Of a stretch of DNA of 64,000 nucleotides, positions 11,655-22,547 are shown one piece after another. Origin of the DNA: an uncultured Actinomycetes bacterium (GTDB lineage: Bacteria; Actinomycetota; Thermoleophilia; UBA2241); NCBI GenBank assembly GCA_963725665.1, contig CAVRZA010000002.1, forward strand, positions 96,001 to 160,000. Reading direction: 5' to 3'. The translations under genes were made by a program, and so were the position numbers. Below the pieces are notes generated by a model. The model searched no databases. It saw nothing but the letters and a program-made list of their open reading frames with translations, and had not been told where the DNA came from. Within the stretch, counting starts at the first letter, position 1, and every line of letters begins with the position of its first letter.

Positions 11655-12212
11655 ATGGCGAGAGTGAGCAGCACAGAGGCCGTAGAGCTCAAAGAACGCG
11701 TCGTCGATATCAACCGCGTCGCTAAGGTCGTCAAGGGTGGCCGCCGTTTCTCCTTCACCGCCCTCGTGGTGGTCGGTGACGAGAACGGCAACGTGGGCGC
11801 CGGCTATGGCAAGGCGCGCGAGGTGCCGCTGGCGATCCAGAAGGCCATCCTCGACGCTAAGAAGAACATGTTCCGCGTGGCTCGGTACAAGAAGACGATC
11901 ACCCACGAGGTGATCGGCCGCTATGGGGCGGCACGGGTGCTCCTCAAGCCGGCGGCGCCCGGCACCGGCGTCATCGCCGCCGGCGGTGTACGCGCCGTAC
12001 TCGAGCTGGCCGGCGTGCGTGACATCCTGACAAAGAGCCTCGGCACCACGAATCCCATCAACCTGGTGCGCGCCACCGTCGCGGGGCTGCAGCAGTTGCG
12101 CACGCCTCAGGACGTGGCACGACGGCGCGGAATCACCGTGGCCGAGGTGTTCGGCAAGACGGTCGAGCCCGCCGGCGAGGCGTCCGCCGAGCAGACGGCG
12201 CAGGAGGCGTAA
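11655..12212 (+). CDS. rpsE: 30S ribosomal protein S5
   Basis: [26 protein letters not shown]. Confidence 0.98.
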   Translation: MARVSSTEAVELKERVVDINRVAKVVKGGRRFSFTALVVVGDENGNVGAGYGKAREVPLAIQKAILDAKKNMFRVARYKKTITHEVIGRYGAARVLLKPAAPGTGVIAAGGVRAVLELAGVRDILTKSLGTTNPINLVRATVAGLQQLRTPQDVARRRGITVAEVFGKTVEPAGEASAEQTAQEA

Positions 12213-12215
12213 GCC

Positions 12216-12410
12216 GTGCCGACCCGTCTTGAGATCAAGCAGGTCAAGAGCGAGATCGGCACGCCGCGCGACCACCGCGGCACGCTGCGTGCGCTCGGCC
12301 TCAAGCGCATGAACCACACGGTCGTGCACGACGACACGCCGGTGGTGAGGGGGATGGTGCGCAAGGTGGCGTACCTCCTCGAAGTCCGTGAAGTGACGAC
12401 GAAGACGTAA
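12216..12410 (+). CDS. rpmD: 50S ribosomal protein L30
   Basis: QVKSEIG, TLRALGLKR, RGMVRKV. Confidence 0.96.
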   Translation: MPTRLEIKQVKSEIGTPRDHRGTLRALGLKRMNHTVVHDDTPVVRGMVRKVAYLLEVREVTTKT

Positions 12411-12412
12411 TC

Positions 12413-12889
12413 ATGGCAGAGCTTGGACTCCATAACCTGCGCCCCAACCCTGGATCCACGGGGCAGACGAAACGACTCGGGCGCGGCAAGGGCAGCGGAC
12501 AGGGCAAGACCGCCGGCCGCGGCCACAAGGGCTACAACGCCCGGTCGGGTGGCGGTGTGCGGCCCGGCTACGAGGGCGGACAGATGCCGATCTACATGCG
12601 CCTGGGCAAGCTCCGCGGGCCGCACATGAAGAAGAGCATGCCGATAGGCCCCTTCCGCACCTATATGGTACCGGTGAACGTCGGTCGTCTGGCGAAGGCC
12701 TTCGCCGCTGGCGCCGAGGTCACGCCGGAGGCACTCGTCGAGAAACGCATCGTGAAGAACACGCGCACGCCGATCAAGATCCTTGGCGGCGGCGACATCG
12801 ATGTCGCCCTGACAGTGAAGATGCACAGGTTCTCGCAGGCGGCGGCGGACAAGATCGCGGCCGCCGGCGGCACCGTCGAGCTGCTCTGA
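12413..12889 (+). CDS. rplO: 50S ribosomal protein L15
   Basis: RLGRGKGSGQGKTAGRGHKG, EGGQMP, KIAAAGG. Confidence 0.97.
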   Translation: MAELGLHNLRPNPGSTGQTKRLGRGKGSGQGKTAGRGHKGYNARSGGGVRPGYEGGQMPIYMRLGKLRGPHMKKSMPIGPFRTYMVPVNVGRLAKAFAAGAEVTPEALVEKRIVKNTRTPIKILGGGDIDVALTVKMHRFSQAAADKIAAAGGTVELL

Positions 12890-12950
12890 CGCGAGCGGTA
12901 TCGGCGGCCGCGAGCGGGGCTGGTAGCACGAGAGCGAGGTTCGAAGTCAC

Positions 12951-14210
12951 GTGAACAACAAGCTGTGGCAGTCGCTCGCAAACTCCTGGAAGATCCCCGA
13001 CCTGCGCAAGAAGGTCCTCTTCACCGCGGGCATTCTGGCCATCTATCGTTTCGGCTGCTACGTGCCTGTGCCGGGCGTCGATGTGCAGGCGTTGACCGAC
13101 TTCTTCAAGAGCGGGGCGGGGGGCGTGCTGGGCTTCCTCGACCTCTTCTCGGGAGGCGCCCTCGGCAAGGTCGCGGTGTTCGCTCTGGGCATCATGCCCT
13201 ACATCACGGCCTCGATCATCATGCAGCTCCTGACCGTCGTCATCCCCAAGCTCGAGGCGCTGGCCAAGGAGGGCGAGCAGGGGCAGAAGCAGATCACGAA
13301 GTACACCCGCTACCTCACCGTGATCCTTTCGCTCGTGCAGTCGATGGGGTACATCGCGCTCTTCCGCAACTACGGCGCCTTGCCGAACCTCGACGTGGTG
13401 CACGCGGCGCTCATCGTCGTCGCGCTGACTGCGGGCGCCACCGGCGTGATGTGGCTCGGTGAGCTGATCACGGCGCGCGGCATCGGCAACGGCATGTCGA
13501 TCCTGATCTTCATCAGCATTGTCTCGCGCCTGCCCTCGGGCCTTGTGAAGCTGAGCTCCATGAGCCCGGTCTCCATCGTCGCTATCACGATTATCGCTCT
13601 CGCCGTCGTGGTCGGCGTGATCTTCATCACGACCGGCGAGCGCCGCGTGCCGGTGCAGTACGCCAAACGCGTCGTGGGCCGACGCATGATGGGCGGCACG
13701 AGCACGTTCATCCCGCTCAAGGTCAATATGGCCGGCGTGATCCCGGTCATCTTCGCCTCGTCGATGATGATGATCCCGCCCACCATAGCGCAGTTCCTCT
13801 CGGGCTCGACGACGAGCTGGTTCGCACGCTTCTTCGGGCCCAGCTCGTGGCCGTACATCATCGGTGAAGCGCTCCTCATCATCCTCTTCACGTACTTCTA
13901 CACGGCGGTGACCTTCAACCCGATCGACCAGGCCGACAACCTCAAGAAGTACGGCGGCTTCGTGCCCGGCGTGCGTCCCGGGCGACCGACTGCCGAGTAT
14001 CTCGACCGCATCCTCACGCGGCTCACCTTCCCGGGCGCTCTCTTCCTCGCGGCGGTCGCGGTGCTGCCGTACATCCTGTTCAAGTACATGAACGTGAGCT
14101 TCTACTTCGGCGGCACGTCGCTTCTGATCGTGGTCGGCGTCGCCCTCGACACGATGCGCCAGATGGAAGCGCAGCTGCTGATGCGTCACTACGAGGGTTT
14201 CCTCAAGTGA
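12951..14210 (+). CDS. secY: Preprotein translocase subunit SecY
   Basis: ALGIMPYITASII, GIGNGMS, PGVRPG, GGTSLLIVVGVA. Confidence 0.99.
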   Translation: MNNKLWQSLANSWKIPDLRKKVLFTAGILAIYRFGCYVPVPGVDVQALTDFFKSGAGGVLGFLDLFSGGALGKVAVFALGIMPYITASIIMQLLTVVIPKLEALAKEGEQGQKQITKYTRYLTVILSLVQSMGYIALFRNYGALPNLDVVHAALIVVALTAGATGVMWLGELITARGIGNGMSILIFISIVSRLPSGLVKLSSMSPVSIVAITIIALAVVVGVIFITTGERRVPVQYAKRVVGRRMMGGTSTFIPLKVNMAGVIPVIFASSMMMIPPTIAQFLSGSTTSWFARFFGPSSWPYIIGEALLIILFTYFYTAVTFNPIDQADNLKKYGGFVPGVRPGRPTAEYLDRILTRLTFPGALFLAAVAVLPYILFKYMNVSFYFGGTSLLIVVGVALDTMRQMEAQLLMRHYEGFLK

Positions 14211-14250
14211 GGCGCGCGCCATCCGAGGCGAGCCTGGTTTCGGTCGCGAG

Positions 14251-14931
14251 ATGAGCGAGCAGAACGGACAGCTCAACCTCGTCCTGCTGGGCGCTCCGGG
14301 CTCCGGCAAGGGGACGCAAGCCGAGCGCATCATCAAGCAGCACGAGATCCCACATATCTCGACGGGGGACATCCTGCGCGATGCCGTCGCCAAGGGCACC
14401 GAGTTGGGCGCGACGGCGAAGCGCTATATGGACGCCGGCGACCTCGTCCCCGACGACGTCATCATCGGCATCATGCGCGCGCGTATCGGCGAGCCGGACG
14501 CGCGGAGCGGCTTCCTACTCGACGGCTTCCCACGGACGATCGAGCAGGCGGTGGCGCTCGACGGCATGCTCGCCGACGCCGCGCGCGCGCTTACCTACGT
14601 AGTGCTGCTCGATGTCCCCGAAGAGGAGCTCGTGCAGCGCCTCTCGGGGCGGCGCATGTGCCGGGGCTGCGGCGCGAACTACAACGTGATCTTCAGCCCT
14701 TCCCGGGAGGCTGGCGTCTGCGACGTCTGCGGCGGAGAGCTCTACCAGCGCAGCGACGACAACGAGGACACGGTGCGCAACCGCCTCACCGTGTACCGTC
14801 GTCAGACAGAGCCGCTCATCGGCTACTACGAGGAGCGCGGCCTCGTGCGGCGCTTCTACGGTGGCGGCCGCGGACCCGACGATGTGTTCGCCGAGGTCGA
14901 CGCCCTGCTATCGGCCGCCGAGGCGGTCTGA
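14251..14931 (+). CDS. adk: Adenylate kinase (Zn-binding LID)
   Basis: GAPGSGKGTQ, HISTGD, LDGFPRT, CxxC..CxxC lid. Confidence 0.98.
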   Translation: MSEQNGQLNLVLLGAPGSGKGTQAERIIKQHEIPHISTGDILRDAVAKGTELGATAKRYMDAGDLVPDDVIIGIMRARIGEPDARSGFLLDGFPRTIEQAVALDGMLADAARALTYVVLLDVPEEELVQRLSGRRMCRGCGANYNVIFSPSREAGVCDVCGGELYQRSDDNEDTVRNRLTVYRRQTEPLIGYYEERGLVRRFYGGGRGPDDVFAEVDALLSAAEAV

Positions 14932-14938
14932 TCGCCCC

Positions 14939-15730
14939 TTGATCGTCAGCAAGTCAAGCGCCGAGATCGCCAAGATCGCCGCCGCCGGTGCGGTCGTTGC
15001 CGAGTGCCTCGAGCTTCTGGCGGCGGCTGCGCGTCCGGGCGTCACTACGGCGGAGCTTGACCGCCGCGCCGAGAGGTTCATCGTCGAGCGCGGCGGCATT
15101 CCCACGTTCAAGGGATACCGCGGGTTCCCGAGATCGATCTGCACTTCCCCCAACGAGATGGTGGTGCACGGCATCCCCGGCGCGTACACGGTGCGCGACG
15201 GCGACGTGCTGAGCATCGATGTCGGCGTGACGCTGGGCGGTTACGTGGCCGACTCGGCGCTCACTTTGGCCATCGGCCAGGTCGGCGGAGAGGCTCTTCG
15301 CCTTCTCTCGGTGACGCAGGAGTCTCTCGAGGCGGCCATCGAGCAGTGTCGTGCCGGCAACAGGCTCGGCGACGTCTCGCACGCCGTGCAGGAGGTCGTC
15401 GAGGCGGCCGGCTTCAGCGTCGTGCGCTCGCTCGTGGGCCACGGGGTGGGGCGCGTGATGCACGAGGAGCCGCAGATCCCGAACTACGGTGAGCCGGGGC
15501 GCGGTCCGAGGCTCGAGGCCGGCATGGTGTTCGCCATCGAGCCGATGGTCAACGTCGGCACCTACGACGTCTACCTCGGTGAGGACGCGTGGAGCATCTA
15601 CAGTGCCGACCACTCGCTCTCCGCCCACTTCGAGCACACCGTGGCGATCACGGAGCGCGGGCCGCGCGTCTTGACGCGGCGCCGGTCAGAGCGGGTCGGC
15701 GAGGTGCGGGTCGCCGGGGTCGGGAGGTAG
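14939..15730 (+). CDS. map: Methionine aminopeptidase type I
   Basis: VVHGIP, GHGVG..MHEEP, AIEPM, SAHFEHT; TTG start inferred. Confidence 0.96.
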   Translation: MIVSKSSAEIAKIAAAGAVVAECLELLAAAARPGVTTAELDRRAERFIVERGGIPTFKGYRGFPRSICTSPNEMVVHGIPGAYTVRDGDVLSIDVGVTLGGYVADSALTLAIGQVGGEALRLLSVTQESLEAAIEQCRAGNRLGDVSHAVQEVVEAAGFSVVRSLVGHGVGRVMHEEPQIPNYGEPGRGPRLEAGMVFAIEPMVNVGTYDVYLGEDAWSIYSADHSLSAHFEHTVAITERGPRVLTRRRSERVGEVRVAGVGR

Positions 15731-15842
15731 GTCGCGTGAGGATGGTTGGAACAACGGACTGGGTCGAGTGCACGATGCCTCGACTGGTCGTGCGGGCTGT
15801 GGTATCGTCTACGGTCGCGCTTGCCAAAGGGCGAATCTAGGC

Positions 15843-16064
15843 GTGGCCGGAAAAGAAGAAGCCATAGAGATGGAAGGCGAGGTCGTGGAGGCTCTGCCCA
15901 ACACGATGTTCCGCGTTCGTCTCGACAACAACCACGAGGTGCTCGCCCACATCTCGGGCAAGATGCGCATGAACTACATCCGGATCCTTCCGGGCGACAG
16001 GGTGAAGGTCGAGCTTTCGCCCTACGACCTGCGGCGGGGCCGGATCATGTACCGGTTTAAGTAG
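15843..16064 (+). CDS. infA: Translation initiation factor IF-1
   Basis: [24 protein letters not shown]. Confidence 0.98.
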   Translation: MAGKEEAIEMEGEVVEALPNTMFRVRLDNNHEVLAHISGKMRMNYIRILPGDRVKVELSPYDLRRGRIMYRFK

Positions 16065-16133
16065 GCGCCGGGCGGGTAACGCGACATCGGCCCGGCTTCT
16101 TGCTGCCGGGTGCGACGCCAAGAGCGAGGACTG

Positions 16134-16247
16134 ATGAAGGTTAGGGCATCGGTAAAAGCGATCTGTGAGAAGTGCAAGGTCATTCGCCGGCACGGGACCG
16201 TGCAGGTGATATGCACCAACCCCCGGCACCGGCAGAGGCAGGGCTAG
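16134..16247 (+). CDS. rpmJ: 50S ribosomal protein L36 (not in ORF track)
   Basis: Manual translation [37 protein letters not shown]; SD GAGGA. Confidence 0.97.
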   Translation: MKVRASVKAICEKCKVIRRHGTVQVICTNPRHRQRQG

Positions 16248-16248
16248 C

Positions 16249-16620
16249 ATGGCACGTATCGCGGGCGTCAACATCCCGCCTCAGAAGCGGGTCGAGATCG
16301 GCCTCACCTACATCTACGGTGTGGGGCGTTCGACGTCGAACAAGGTCCTCTCTCAGCTCAGCATCGACCCCGACACCAAGGTCCGCGACCTGACCGAAGA
16401 AGAGGTCGTGCGCCTGCGCGAGGCGATCGACCGCGAGGCCACCGTCGAGGGCGACCTGAGGCGCGAGCGTTCGCAGAACGTCAAGCGGCTCATGGACATC
16501 GGCTGCTACCGCGGCATCCGGCATCGCCGCGGCATGCCGGTGAACGGGCAGCGCACCAAGACCAACGCCCGCACGCGCAAGGGTCCCAAGAAGACCGTCG
16601 GCGCGCGGCGCAAGAAGTGA
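16249..16620 (+). CDS. rpsM: 30S ribosomal protein S13
   Basis: [27 protein letters not shown]. Confidence 0.99.
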   Translation: MARIAGVNIPPQKRVEIGLTYIYGVGRSTSNKVLSQLSIDPDTKVRDLTEEEVVRLREAIDREATVEGDLRRERSQNVKRLMDIGCYRGIRHRRGMPVNGQRTKTNARTRKGPKKTVGARRKK

Positions 16621-16659
16621 TACCGATCGCCCCGGCGAGACTCGGAGGTACGACGAAGC

Positions 16660-17058
16660 GTGGCTAAGCCGCAAAGAGCGAAGGGACGTCAGCGCCGTAA
16701 GGTGCGCAAGAACATTGCCATAGGCCAGGCGCACATCAAGACGTCGTTCAACAACACCCTCGTCACGCTGACCGACAAAGAGGGCAACGTGATCGCCTGG
16801 GAGAGCGCCGGAGCCGTCGGGTTCAAGGGTTCGCGCAAGAGCACTCCCTTCGCTGCGCAAGTCACGGCCGAGTCAGCAGCCAAGAAAGGCATGGAGCACG
16901 GCCTCCAGAAGGTCGAGGTCTTCGTGCGCGGTCCGGGTTCGGGGCGCGAGACGGCCGTCCGCTCGCTGCAGGCCGCCGGGCTCGAGATTCTGGGAGTCAA
17001 AGACGTGACCCCGGTGCCTCACAACGGCTGTCGGCCGCGCAAGCGGCGCCGGGTCTAG
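16660..17058 (+). CDS. rpsK: 30S ribosomal protein S11
   Basis: [25 protein letters not shown]. Confidence 0.99.
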   Translation: MAKPQRAKGRQRRKVRKNIAIGQAHIKTSFNNTLVTLTDKEGNVIAWESAGAVGFKGSRKSTPFAAQVTAESAAKKGMEHGLQKVEVFVRGPGSGRETAVRSLQAAGLEILGVKDVTPVPHNGCRPRKRRRV

Positions 17059-17071
17059 GAAGGTTCGAGCA

Positions 17072-17692
17072 GTGGCTAGAGACACCTCCCCCCAGTGCAA
17101 GCAGTGCCGTCGCGAGGGCATCAAGCTGTTCCTCAAGGGTGAGCGCTGCCTTACCGACAAGTGCGCCGTCGAGCGTCGTTCTTACCCACCCGGCGAACAT
17201 GGGCGCGGGCGCATCAAGCAGTCCGAGTACCTGCTGCAGCTGCGCGAGAAGCAGAAGGCGCGCCGTTTCTATCAGGTGCTGGAGAAGCAGTTCCACTCCT
17301 ACTACGTTGAGGCTAGCCGTCAGTCGGGGATCACCGGCGAGAACCTGCTGCGCATCCTCGAGAGACGCCTCGACAACGCGGTTTACCGACTCGGGTTCGC
17401 AACGTCCCGCCGGCAAGCGCGACAGCTGGTGCGCCACGCCCACTTCCTCGTCAACGGCAGGAAGATCGACATCCCGTCGTATCAGGTGAGACCCAACGAC
17501 GTGATCAGCCTCAGGTCGAACAGCAAGGCGATGGAGCTGGTGCGCGCGGCGACCGACCTGACGTCATCGGTCTCGCCCTGGTTGCAGGCCGACCACGACA
17601 ACCTGACGGGGAAGATCCTGCGCCTCCCGGAGCGCGACGAGATCGACGCGCCGGTGCAAGAGTCCCTTATCGTCGAGCTGTACTCGAAGTAA
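17072..17692 (+). CDS. rpsD: 30S ribosomal protein S4
   Basis: [28 protein letters not shown]. Confidence 0.98.
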   Translation: MARDTSPQCKQCRREGIKLFLKGERCLTDKCAVERRSYPPGEHGRGRIKQSEYLLQLREKQKARRFYQVLEKQFHSYYVEASRQSGITGENLLRILERRLDNAVYRLGFATSRRQARQLVRHAHFLVNGRKIDIPSYQVRPNDVISLRSNSKAMELVRAATDLTSSVSPWLQADHDNLTGKILRLPERDEIDAPVQESLIVELYSK

Positions 17693-17742
17693 GCCCGCCT
17701 CGGCGCCTGGCACGGCGTGCGAGGACCGAAACGGGAGGTCAA

Positions 17743-18684
17743 GTGCTCCAATTCCAGATGCCCAACATCACGCGCGAGCAGCTCTCAGGCAACCGCGCCC
17801 GCTTCGAGGTCGAACCGCTCGATCGCGGCTTCGGGCACACATTCGGCAACGCGCTGCGGCGCGTGCTGCTTTCATCTCTCGAGGGCGCAGCCGTCAGCTC
17901 GGTGAAGATCGAGGGCGTGGCGCACGAGTTCTCGACCGTCCCTGGGGTCAAGGAGGACGTCACCGACATCATCCTCAACCTCAAAGAGCTCGTCTGTCGT
18001 CTGCACGGCGAGATTGACGAGGTGCAGGTACGGCTGGTCAAAGACAAGCCGGGCAAGGTCGTGGCAGCCGACATCGACATCCCCGCCGAGCTCGAGATCC
18101 TCAACCCCGACCACCACGTCGCGACGCTCGCCGACAGCGGCTCGCTCGAGATGACGCTCGTGATCCGCCGCGGCACCGGCTACGTGCCCGCCGAGGGGAA
18201 CAAGACGCCCGAGACGACCATCGGCGTGATCCCCATCGACTCTATCTTCAGCCCCATCAAGCGGGTGGCGTACAACGTCGACAGCGCCCGCGTAGGGCAG
18301 CGCACGGACTACGACAAGCTGGTCCTCGACGTGACGACTAACGGCGCCATCACGCCGCAGGAGGCGTTGCGCCACGCCGCGGAGATCCTCGTCGACCGCC
18401 TGCAGATCTTCACCGACCCCGACCGCACGCGCTCGACCGAGATGCTCGAGGGCGAGTTCGAGCCGGTGGTGACGGGCGGTATGGACGATGTGCTCATCGA
18501 AGAGCTCGAGCTTGGCGTGCGCTCGTACAACTGCCTGAAGCGTGAGGGCATCCAGACCGTCGGCGACCTCGTCTCGAAGACCGAAGCGGAGCTGCTCAAC
18601 ATCCCCAACTTCGGCAAGAAGAGCATAGATGAGGTCAAAGAGAAGCTCGCCAGCCGCGGTCTCGGTCTGAGGAGCGAAGAGTAG
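17743..18684 (+). CDS. rpoA: RNA polymerase alpha subunit
   Basis: [22 protein letters not shown], alpha-[18 protein letters not shown]. Confidence 0.99.
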   Translation: MLQFQMPNITREQLSGNRARFEVEPLDRGFGHTFGNALRRVLLSSLEGAAVSSVKIEGVAHEFSTVPGVKEDVTDIILNLKELVCRLHGEIDEVQVRLVKDKPGKVVAADIDIPAELEILNPDHHVATLADSGSLEMTLVIRRGTGYVPAEGNKTPETTIGVIPIDSIFSPIKRVAYNVDSARVGQRTDYDKLVLDVTTNGAITPQEALRHAAEILVDRLQIFTDPDRTRSTEMLEGEFEPVVTGGMDDVLIEELELGVRSYNCLKREGIQTVGDLVSKTEAELLNIPNFGKKSIDEVKEKLASRGLGLRSEE

Positions 18685-19035
18685 ATGCGCCACCAGAACT
18701 CGGGCCGCAAGCTCAACATGGCCTCCGACCAGCGCAAGGCCTTGCTCAGCGGCCTCGCGGTGGCCCTGCTCGAGCACGAGAAGATCAAGTGCGGGCAGGA
18801 GCGCGCCAAGGAGGTCCGGCCGCTGGTCGAGCAGGTGATAACGCTGGGCAAGCGCGGCGATCTTGCCGCGCGCCGGCAGGCCATAGCCAAGTTGCGCAAC
18901 AAGAAGGTCACCTACAAGCTGTTCAACGACATCGCGCCGCGCTACGCCGACCGCAACGGCGGTTACACGCGCATCGTGAAGCTGGGGCCGCGTCCCGGCG
19001 ACGCGGCCGAGATGGTCTACCTGGAGCTCGTGTAG
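18685..19035 (+). CDS. rplQ: 50S ribosomal protein L17
   Basis: MRH...[22 protein letters not shown]. Confidence 0.96.
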   Translation: MRHQNSGRKLNMASDQRKALLSGLAVALLEHEKIKCGQERAKEVRPLVEQVITLGKRGDLAARRQAIAKLRNKKVTYKLFNDIAPRYADRNGGYTRIVKLGPRPGDAAEMVYLELV

Positions 19036-19064
19036 GCTGTCGGTCGCGCCGTCTCCGTTGTGGG

Positions 19065-19113
19065 GCGCGAGGGGCGGGCGGCCCGGGAGGGCCGCCCGCC
19101 CCTCGCGCGTTTC
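19065..19113 (+). terminator. Strong hairpin, probable terminator of the alpha operon
   Basis: Perfect 20-bp stem GCGCGAGGGGCGGGCGGCCC-GGGA-GGGCCGCCCGCCCCTCGCGC followed by GTTTC. Confidence 0.7.
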
Positions 19114-19221
19114 GGGGTAAGCTCAGGCGTGTGCGGCGCGCCCGGGACAGCGGCGGCGATAGGCCGGGGTCCCGCGGCTCGGGTGATCGCTGCTCGGCCT
19201 GGTGTCATCGGACGGGGTGAG

Positions 19222-20055
19222 GTGGCAGCGCGCGTCATCGAGATCGAGGGGCTGACCTACCGCTACCCGGCGAGCGCCGCCGAGGCCCTCGGCGGGGTCG
19301 ACCTCGCCGTCGAGCAGGGTGAGTTCGTGGCCATCGTGGGCCCCAACGGCTCCGGTAAGTCGACGCTGGCGCGCATTCTCGGTGGTCTGGAGCGCCCCAG
19401 CTCGGCGCGCCGGGCCACTGCCTGCGGTCACGATCTGCTGACCGACGAGGGCCGTTGGGACGCCCGCCGCGCCGTCGGCGTCCTCTTCCAGAACCCGGAG
19501 AACCAGATCGTGGGCGAGAACGTCGAGGAGGACCTCGCCTTCGGACTCGAGAACCTCGCTCTGCCGTCCGAGGAGATCCGCGCCCGGGTCGACCGCATGG
19601 TGGCCGACTTCGATCTTGAGGAGCTGCGGCACCGCGAGCCACACCTACTCTCCAGCGGGCAGAAGCAGCGCACGGCGCTTGCGGGGGTGCTGGCCATCCC
19701 GCGGCGGGTGCTGGTGCTCGACGAGCCCACGGCGATGCTCGATCCCGCCGGACGAGAAGAGGTCCTTGCGGCCGTGCGCCGCGAGCACGCCGCCGGCCTC
19801 ACCGTGGTGTACGTCACCCAGGAGATGGACGAGGTGCTCGAGGCCGACCGCGTCGTCGTCCTCGAAAGCGGACACGTGGGGTTCGTCGGCAGCCCGCGCG
19901 AGCTCTTCGGCCGCCCCGACCTGGGCGGGGCCCTCGGTCTCGGCCTGCCCCCGGCCGGGGCGGTGGCAGTGGCCCTGGCGGCGCGCGGACGAGTGCTGCA
20001 CCCGGTCCCGCTCACGCTCGACGAGCTCGTCTCAGGGTTGTCCGATGGAGGGTAG
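19222..20055 (+). CDS. ecfA1: ECF transporter ATPase EcfA
   Basis: GPNGSGKST, FQNPENQ, LSSGQKQR, LDEPTAMLDP; start moved to GTG 19222, past the terminator. Confidence 0.9.
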   Translation: MAARVIEIEGLTYRYPASAAEALGGVDLAVEQGEFVAIVGPNGSGKSTLARILGGLERPSSARRATACGHDLLTDEGRWDARRAVGVLFQNPENQIVGENVEEDLAFGLENLALPSEEIRARVDRMVADFDLEELRHREPHLLSSGQKQRTALAGVLAIPRRVLVLDEPTAMLDPAGREEVLAAVRREHAAGLTVVYVTQEMDEVLEADRVVVLESGHVGFVGSPRELFGRPDLGGALGLGLPPAGAVAVALAARGRVLHPVPLTLDELVSGLSDGG

Positions 20056-20893
20056 CACCCGGGTGGCGGTGGGGCTCGACGTCGTCTGCGAAGGGCTCTC
20101 GTTCGCCTACGACGAAGGAGGGCGACGGGTGCCGGCCGTGCGCGATGTCGGCCTCACCATCGCCGCCGGCGCGTCGGTCGCCCTGCTCGGGCCTACGGGC
20201 TCCGGAAAGTCGACCCTGCTGCAGCTCATCCGCGGGCTGCTCACTCCCGACGCCGGCCGCGTGACGCTCAGTGGCGCTGCTCCGTCCGACCAGGACTACG
20301 GCGCGCGCCAGCGTGAGGTCGGCCTCGTCTTCCAGACCCCGGAGCTGCAGCTTTTCGCGGCCACGGCCGCCGACGACGTCGCCTTCGGGCCGCGCCAGCT
20401 CGGCTGGCCGCCGGGCGAGGTCGACGCGGCCGTCGCGCGCGCTCTCGAGCTGGTCGGGCTGCCCGAGCCGTCCTTCGGTCGGCGGCATCCCTACTCTCTC
20501 TCCGGAGGGGAGCAGCGCCGTCTAGCGCTCGCCGGCGTGCTGGCCATGCGCCCGCGCCTGCTCCTGCTCGACGAGCCCTTCGTGAGCCTCGACCCCGCCG
20601 GCCGGCGCGATCTCGCCGCCGTGCTGGAGCGGCTGAAGGGGGAGGGCAGCGGCATCGTCCTGGCGACTCACGACGTCGACCAAGCGTGGGCGCTCTGCGA
20701 CGAACGGCTCGTGCTGGCCGACGGCGAGCTCGTGGCGGCCGGTCCGTGGGGCTTCGAAGGCGATGCCGGTGCGACGGTCCTGCGCGAGCACCGGCTAGAG
20801 GTGCCCTTCTTGGTGCAGCTCTGGCAGCGGCTGGGGAGGCCGGCGGGGGCGGCGCCGAGGACGGCCGCCGCAGCGGCGGAGGCGTTGACGTGA
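20045..20893 (+). CDS. ecfA2: ECF transporter ATPase EcfA'
   Basis: GPTGSGKSTL, FQTPELQLF, LSGGEQRRLALAGVLAM. Confidence 0.9.
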   Translation: MEGSTRVAVGLDVVCEGLSFAYDEGGRRVPAVRDVGLTIAAGASVALLGPTGSGKSTLLQLIRGLLTPDAGRVTLSGAAPSDQDYGARQREVGLVFQTPELQLFAATAADDVAFGPRQLGWPPGEVDAAVARALELVGLPEPSFGRRHPYSLSGGEQRRLALAGVLAMRPRLLLLDEPFVSLDPAGRRDLAAVLERLKGEGSGIVLATHDVDQAWALCDERLVLADGELVAAGPWGFEGDAGATVLREHRLEVPFLVQLWQRLGRPAGAAPRTAAAAAEALT

Positions 20894-21672
20894 AGAGCGC
20901 AATCGCCCAGTACTACCCCGCCGACTCGGCCCTACACCGCCTTGACCCGCGCGCCAAGGTCGTCGCCGTCACCGCGCTGGCGATCGCGCTCTTCACGCGT
21001 GACTCCTTCGCCGCCCTGGCCGTCTACGCCGCCGCCGCCCTGGCCGGCCTCCTGCTCAGCCGCGTGCCGCCGGCCTGGTTCTGGCGCGGCCTGCGGCCGA
21101 TCCTCTGGCTGGTGGCGCTGACCTTCGTGGCGCAGCTCCTGTTCGTCCCCGGGCCGGCGTTCTTCAGCCTGGGACCGCTACATCTGACGTGGCACGGGCT
21201 GGAGGTGGCCGCCTTCCTGACCCTGCGTCTGGTGGTGCTCGTCGTCGTGGGCTCGCTGCTCACTCTGACGACGTCGCCGATCGCGCTCACCGACGGGCTC
21301 GCCTGGCTCGCCCGCCCGCTGCGCCGCCTGCGCGTGCCCACCGAGGAGCTCGCTCTGATGATGACCATCGCCCTGCGCTTCATCCCGACGCTGCTCGTCG
21401 AAGTCGAGACCATCATGCGCGCCCAGCGCGCGCGCGGCGCCGAGTTCGGCCGCGGCGGCCTGGTGCGCCGCGCGCGCGCCCTCGTGCCGCTGCTCGTGCC
21501 GCTCTTCGTCGTGAGCTTCAGGCGCGCCGATGAGCTGGCCTTGGCGATGGAGGCGCGCTGCTACCGTCCCGGCATCGTGCGCACGCGACTGCACCCGATG
21601 CGCGCCCGGTTCGACGACTGGGTCGTGCTCGCCCTGGTGGCGGGCGTCATCGTCCTTGCGAGCCTGGTGTGA
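20890..21672 (+). CDS. ecfT: ECF transporter transmembrane component T
   Basis: HRLDPRAK, IALRFIP, AQRARG and AMEARCY coupling motifs. Confidence 0.93.
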   Translation: MKSAIAQYYPADSALHRLDPRAKVVAVTALAIALFTRDSFAALAVYAAAALAGLLLSRVPPAWFWRGLRPILWLVALTFVAQLLFVPGPAFFSLGPLHLTWHGLEVAAFLTLRLVVLVVVGSLLTLTTSPIALTDGLAWLARPLRRLRVPTEELALMMTIALRFIPTLLVEVETIMRAQRARGAEFGRGGLVRRARALVPLLVPLFVVSFRRADELALAMEARCYRPGIVRTRLHPMRARFDDWVVLALVAGVIVLASLV

Positions 21673-22445
21673 GGAGCGGGGATCGAGTGGGGCGTCGCGA
21701 GGAAGGCAAGGCATGGTACCGGCTCGACCTCGCCTACGACGGCACGGAGTTCGGGGGATGGGCCAAGCAGCCGGGACGGCGAACGGTCGAGGGCGTGCTC
21801 GAGGAGGCGCTGGCCGTCGCGCTGCTCGAGCGCGTGCGTCTCAGCGTCGCGGGACGCACCGACGCCGGCGTGCACGCGCTCGCTCAAGTCGCGTCGTTCG
21901 CCACCGGCGCGGCCGCCGAGCCTGAGCGGTTGCTCCTGACGCTGAACGCCCTACTGCCGCCCGACGTCGCCGTGCGGCGGGTGGCGCGGGCGGCGGACGG
22001 CTTCGCCGCCCGCGCCGCCCGCGCGCGCACCTACCGCTACCGCCTCTGGCTGCCGAACGCCCGTCCCGTCTTCGAGGCGCGCTACGTGTGGGATGTGCGC
22101 GGCTCCGTCGATCACGGTCTACTGGAGGAGTGCGCGTGCCTGCTGGTCGGGCGCCGCGACTTCGCGGCGCTCTCGCCCTCGGCGCGCCTCTACCACACGT
22201 GCGTCCGGGACGTGACCTCCGCCGCATGGTCTCTCTCGAGCGACGGCTGCGAGGCCGTGTTCGAGATCACTGCGAACAGCTTCCTGCACATGATGGTGCG
22301 CGTGGCGGTGGGGAGCATGGTCGATGTGGCCCAGGGGCGCCTGTCGCCGAAGCAGTTCGCCGAGGGGTTGGCAGGGGGCGAGCGCTCGGCGTTGGGGCGC
22401 ACCGCCCCGGCGCGCGGTCTCGCGCTCGTCGCGGTGGACTACTGA
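21669..22445 (+). CDS. truA: tRNA pseudouridine(38-40) synthase
   Basis: AYDGTEFGGW, AGRTDAGVHA, FLHMMVR, TAPARGL. Confidence 0.96.
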   Translation: MRSGDRVGRREEGKAWYRLDLAYDGTEFGGWAKQPGRRTVEGVLEEALAVALLERVRLSVAGRTDAGVHALAQVASFATGAAAEPERLLLTLNALLPPDVAVRRVARAADGFAARAARARTYRYRLWLPNARPVFEARYVWDVRGSVDHGLLEECACLLVGRRDFAALSPSARLYHTCVRDVTSAAWSLSSDGCEAVFEITANSFLHMMVRVAVGSMVDVAQGRLSPKQFAEGLAGGERSALGRTAPARGLALVAVDY

Positions 22446-22547
22446 ACAGTGCGGGTGCCTCGCCACAACCGGAGTGACGGCGCAGAGCTGAAGGCGCGGA
22501 GGTGAAGGCACGGGGCGACGCCGCAGGGGCGCAGCCGCGGGGGCGCC

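Noticed and set aside
19060-19221. N-terminal extension on EcfA1 from the ORF track
   Set aside because: It overlaps the 20-bp terminator hairpin; a downstream GTG gives a normal-length protein.
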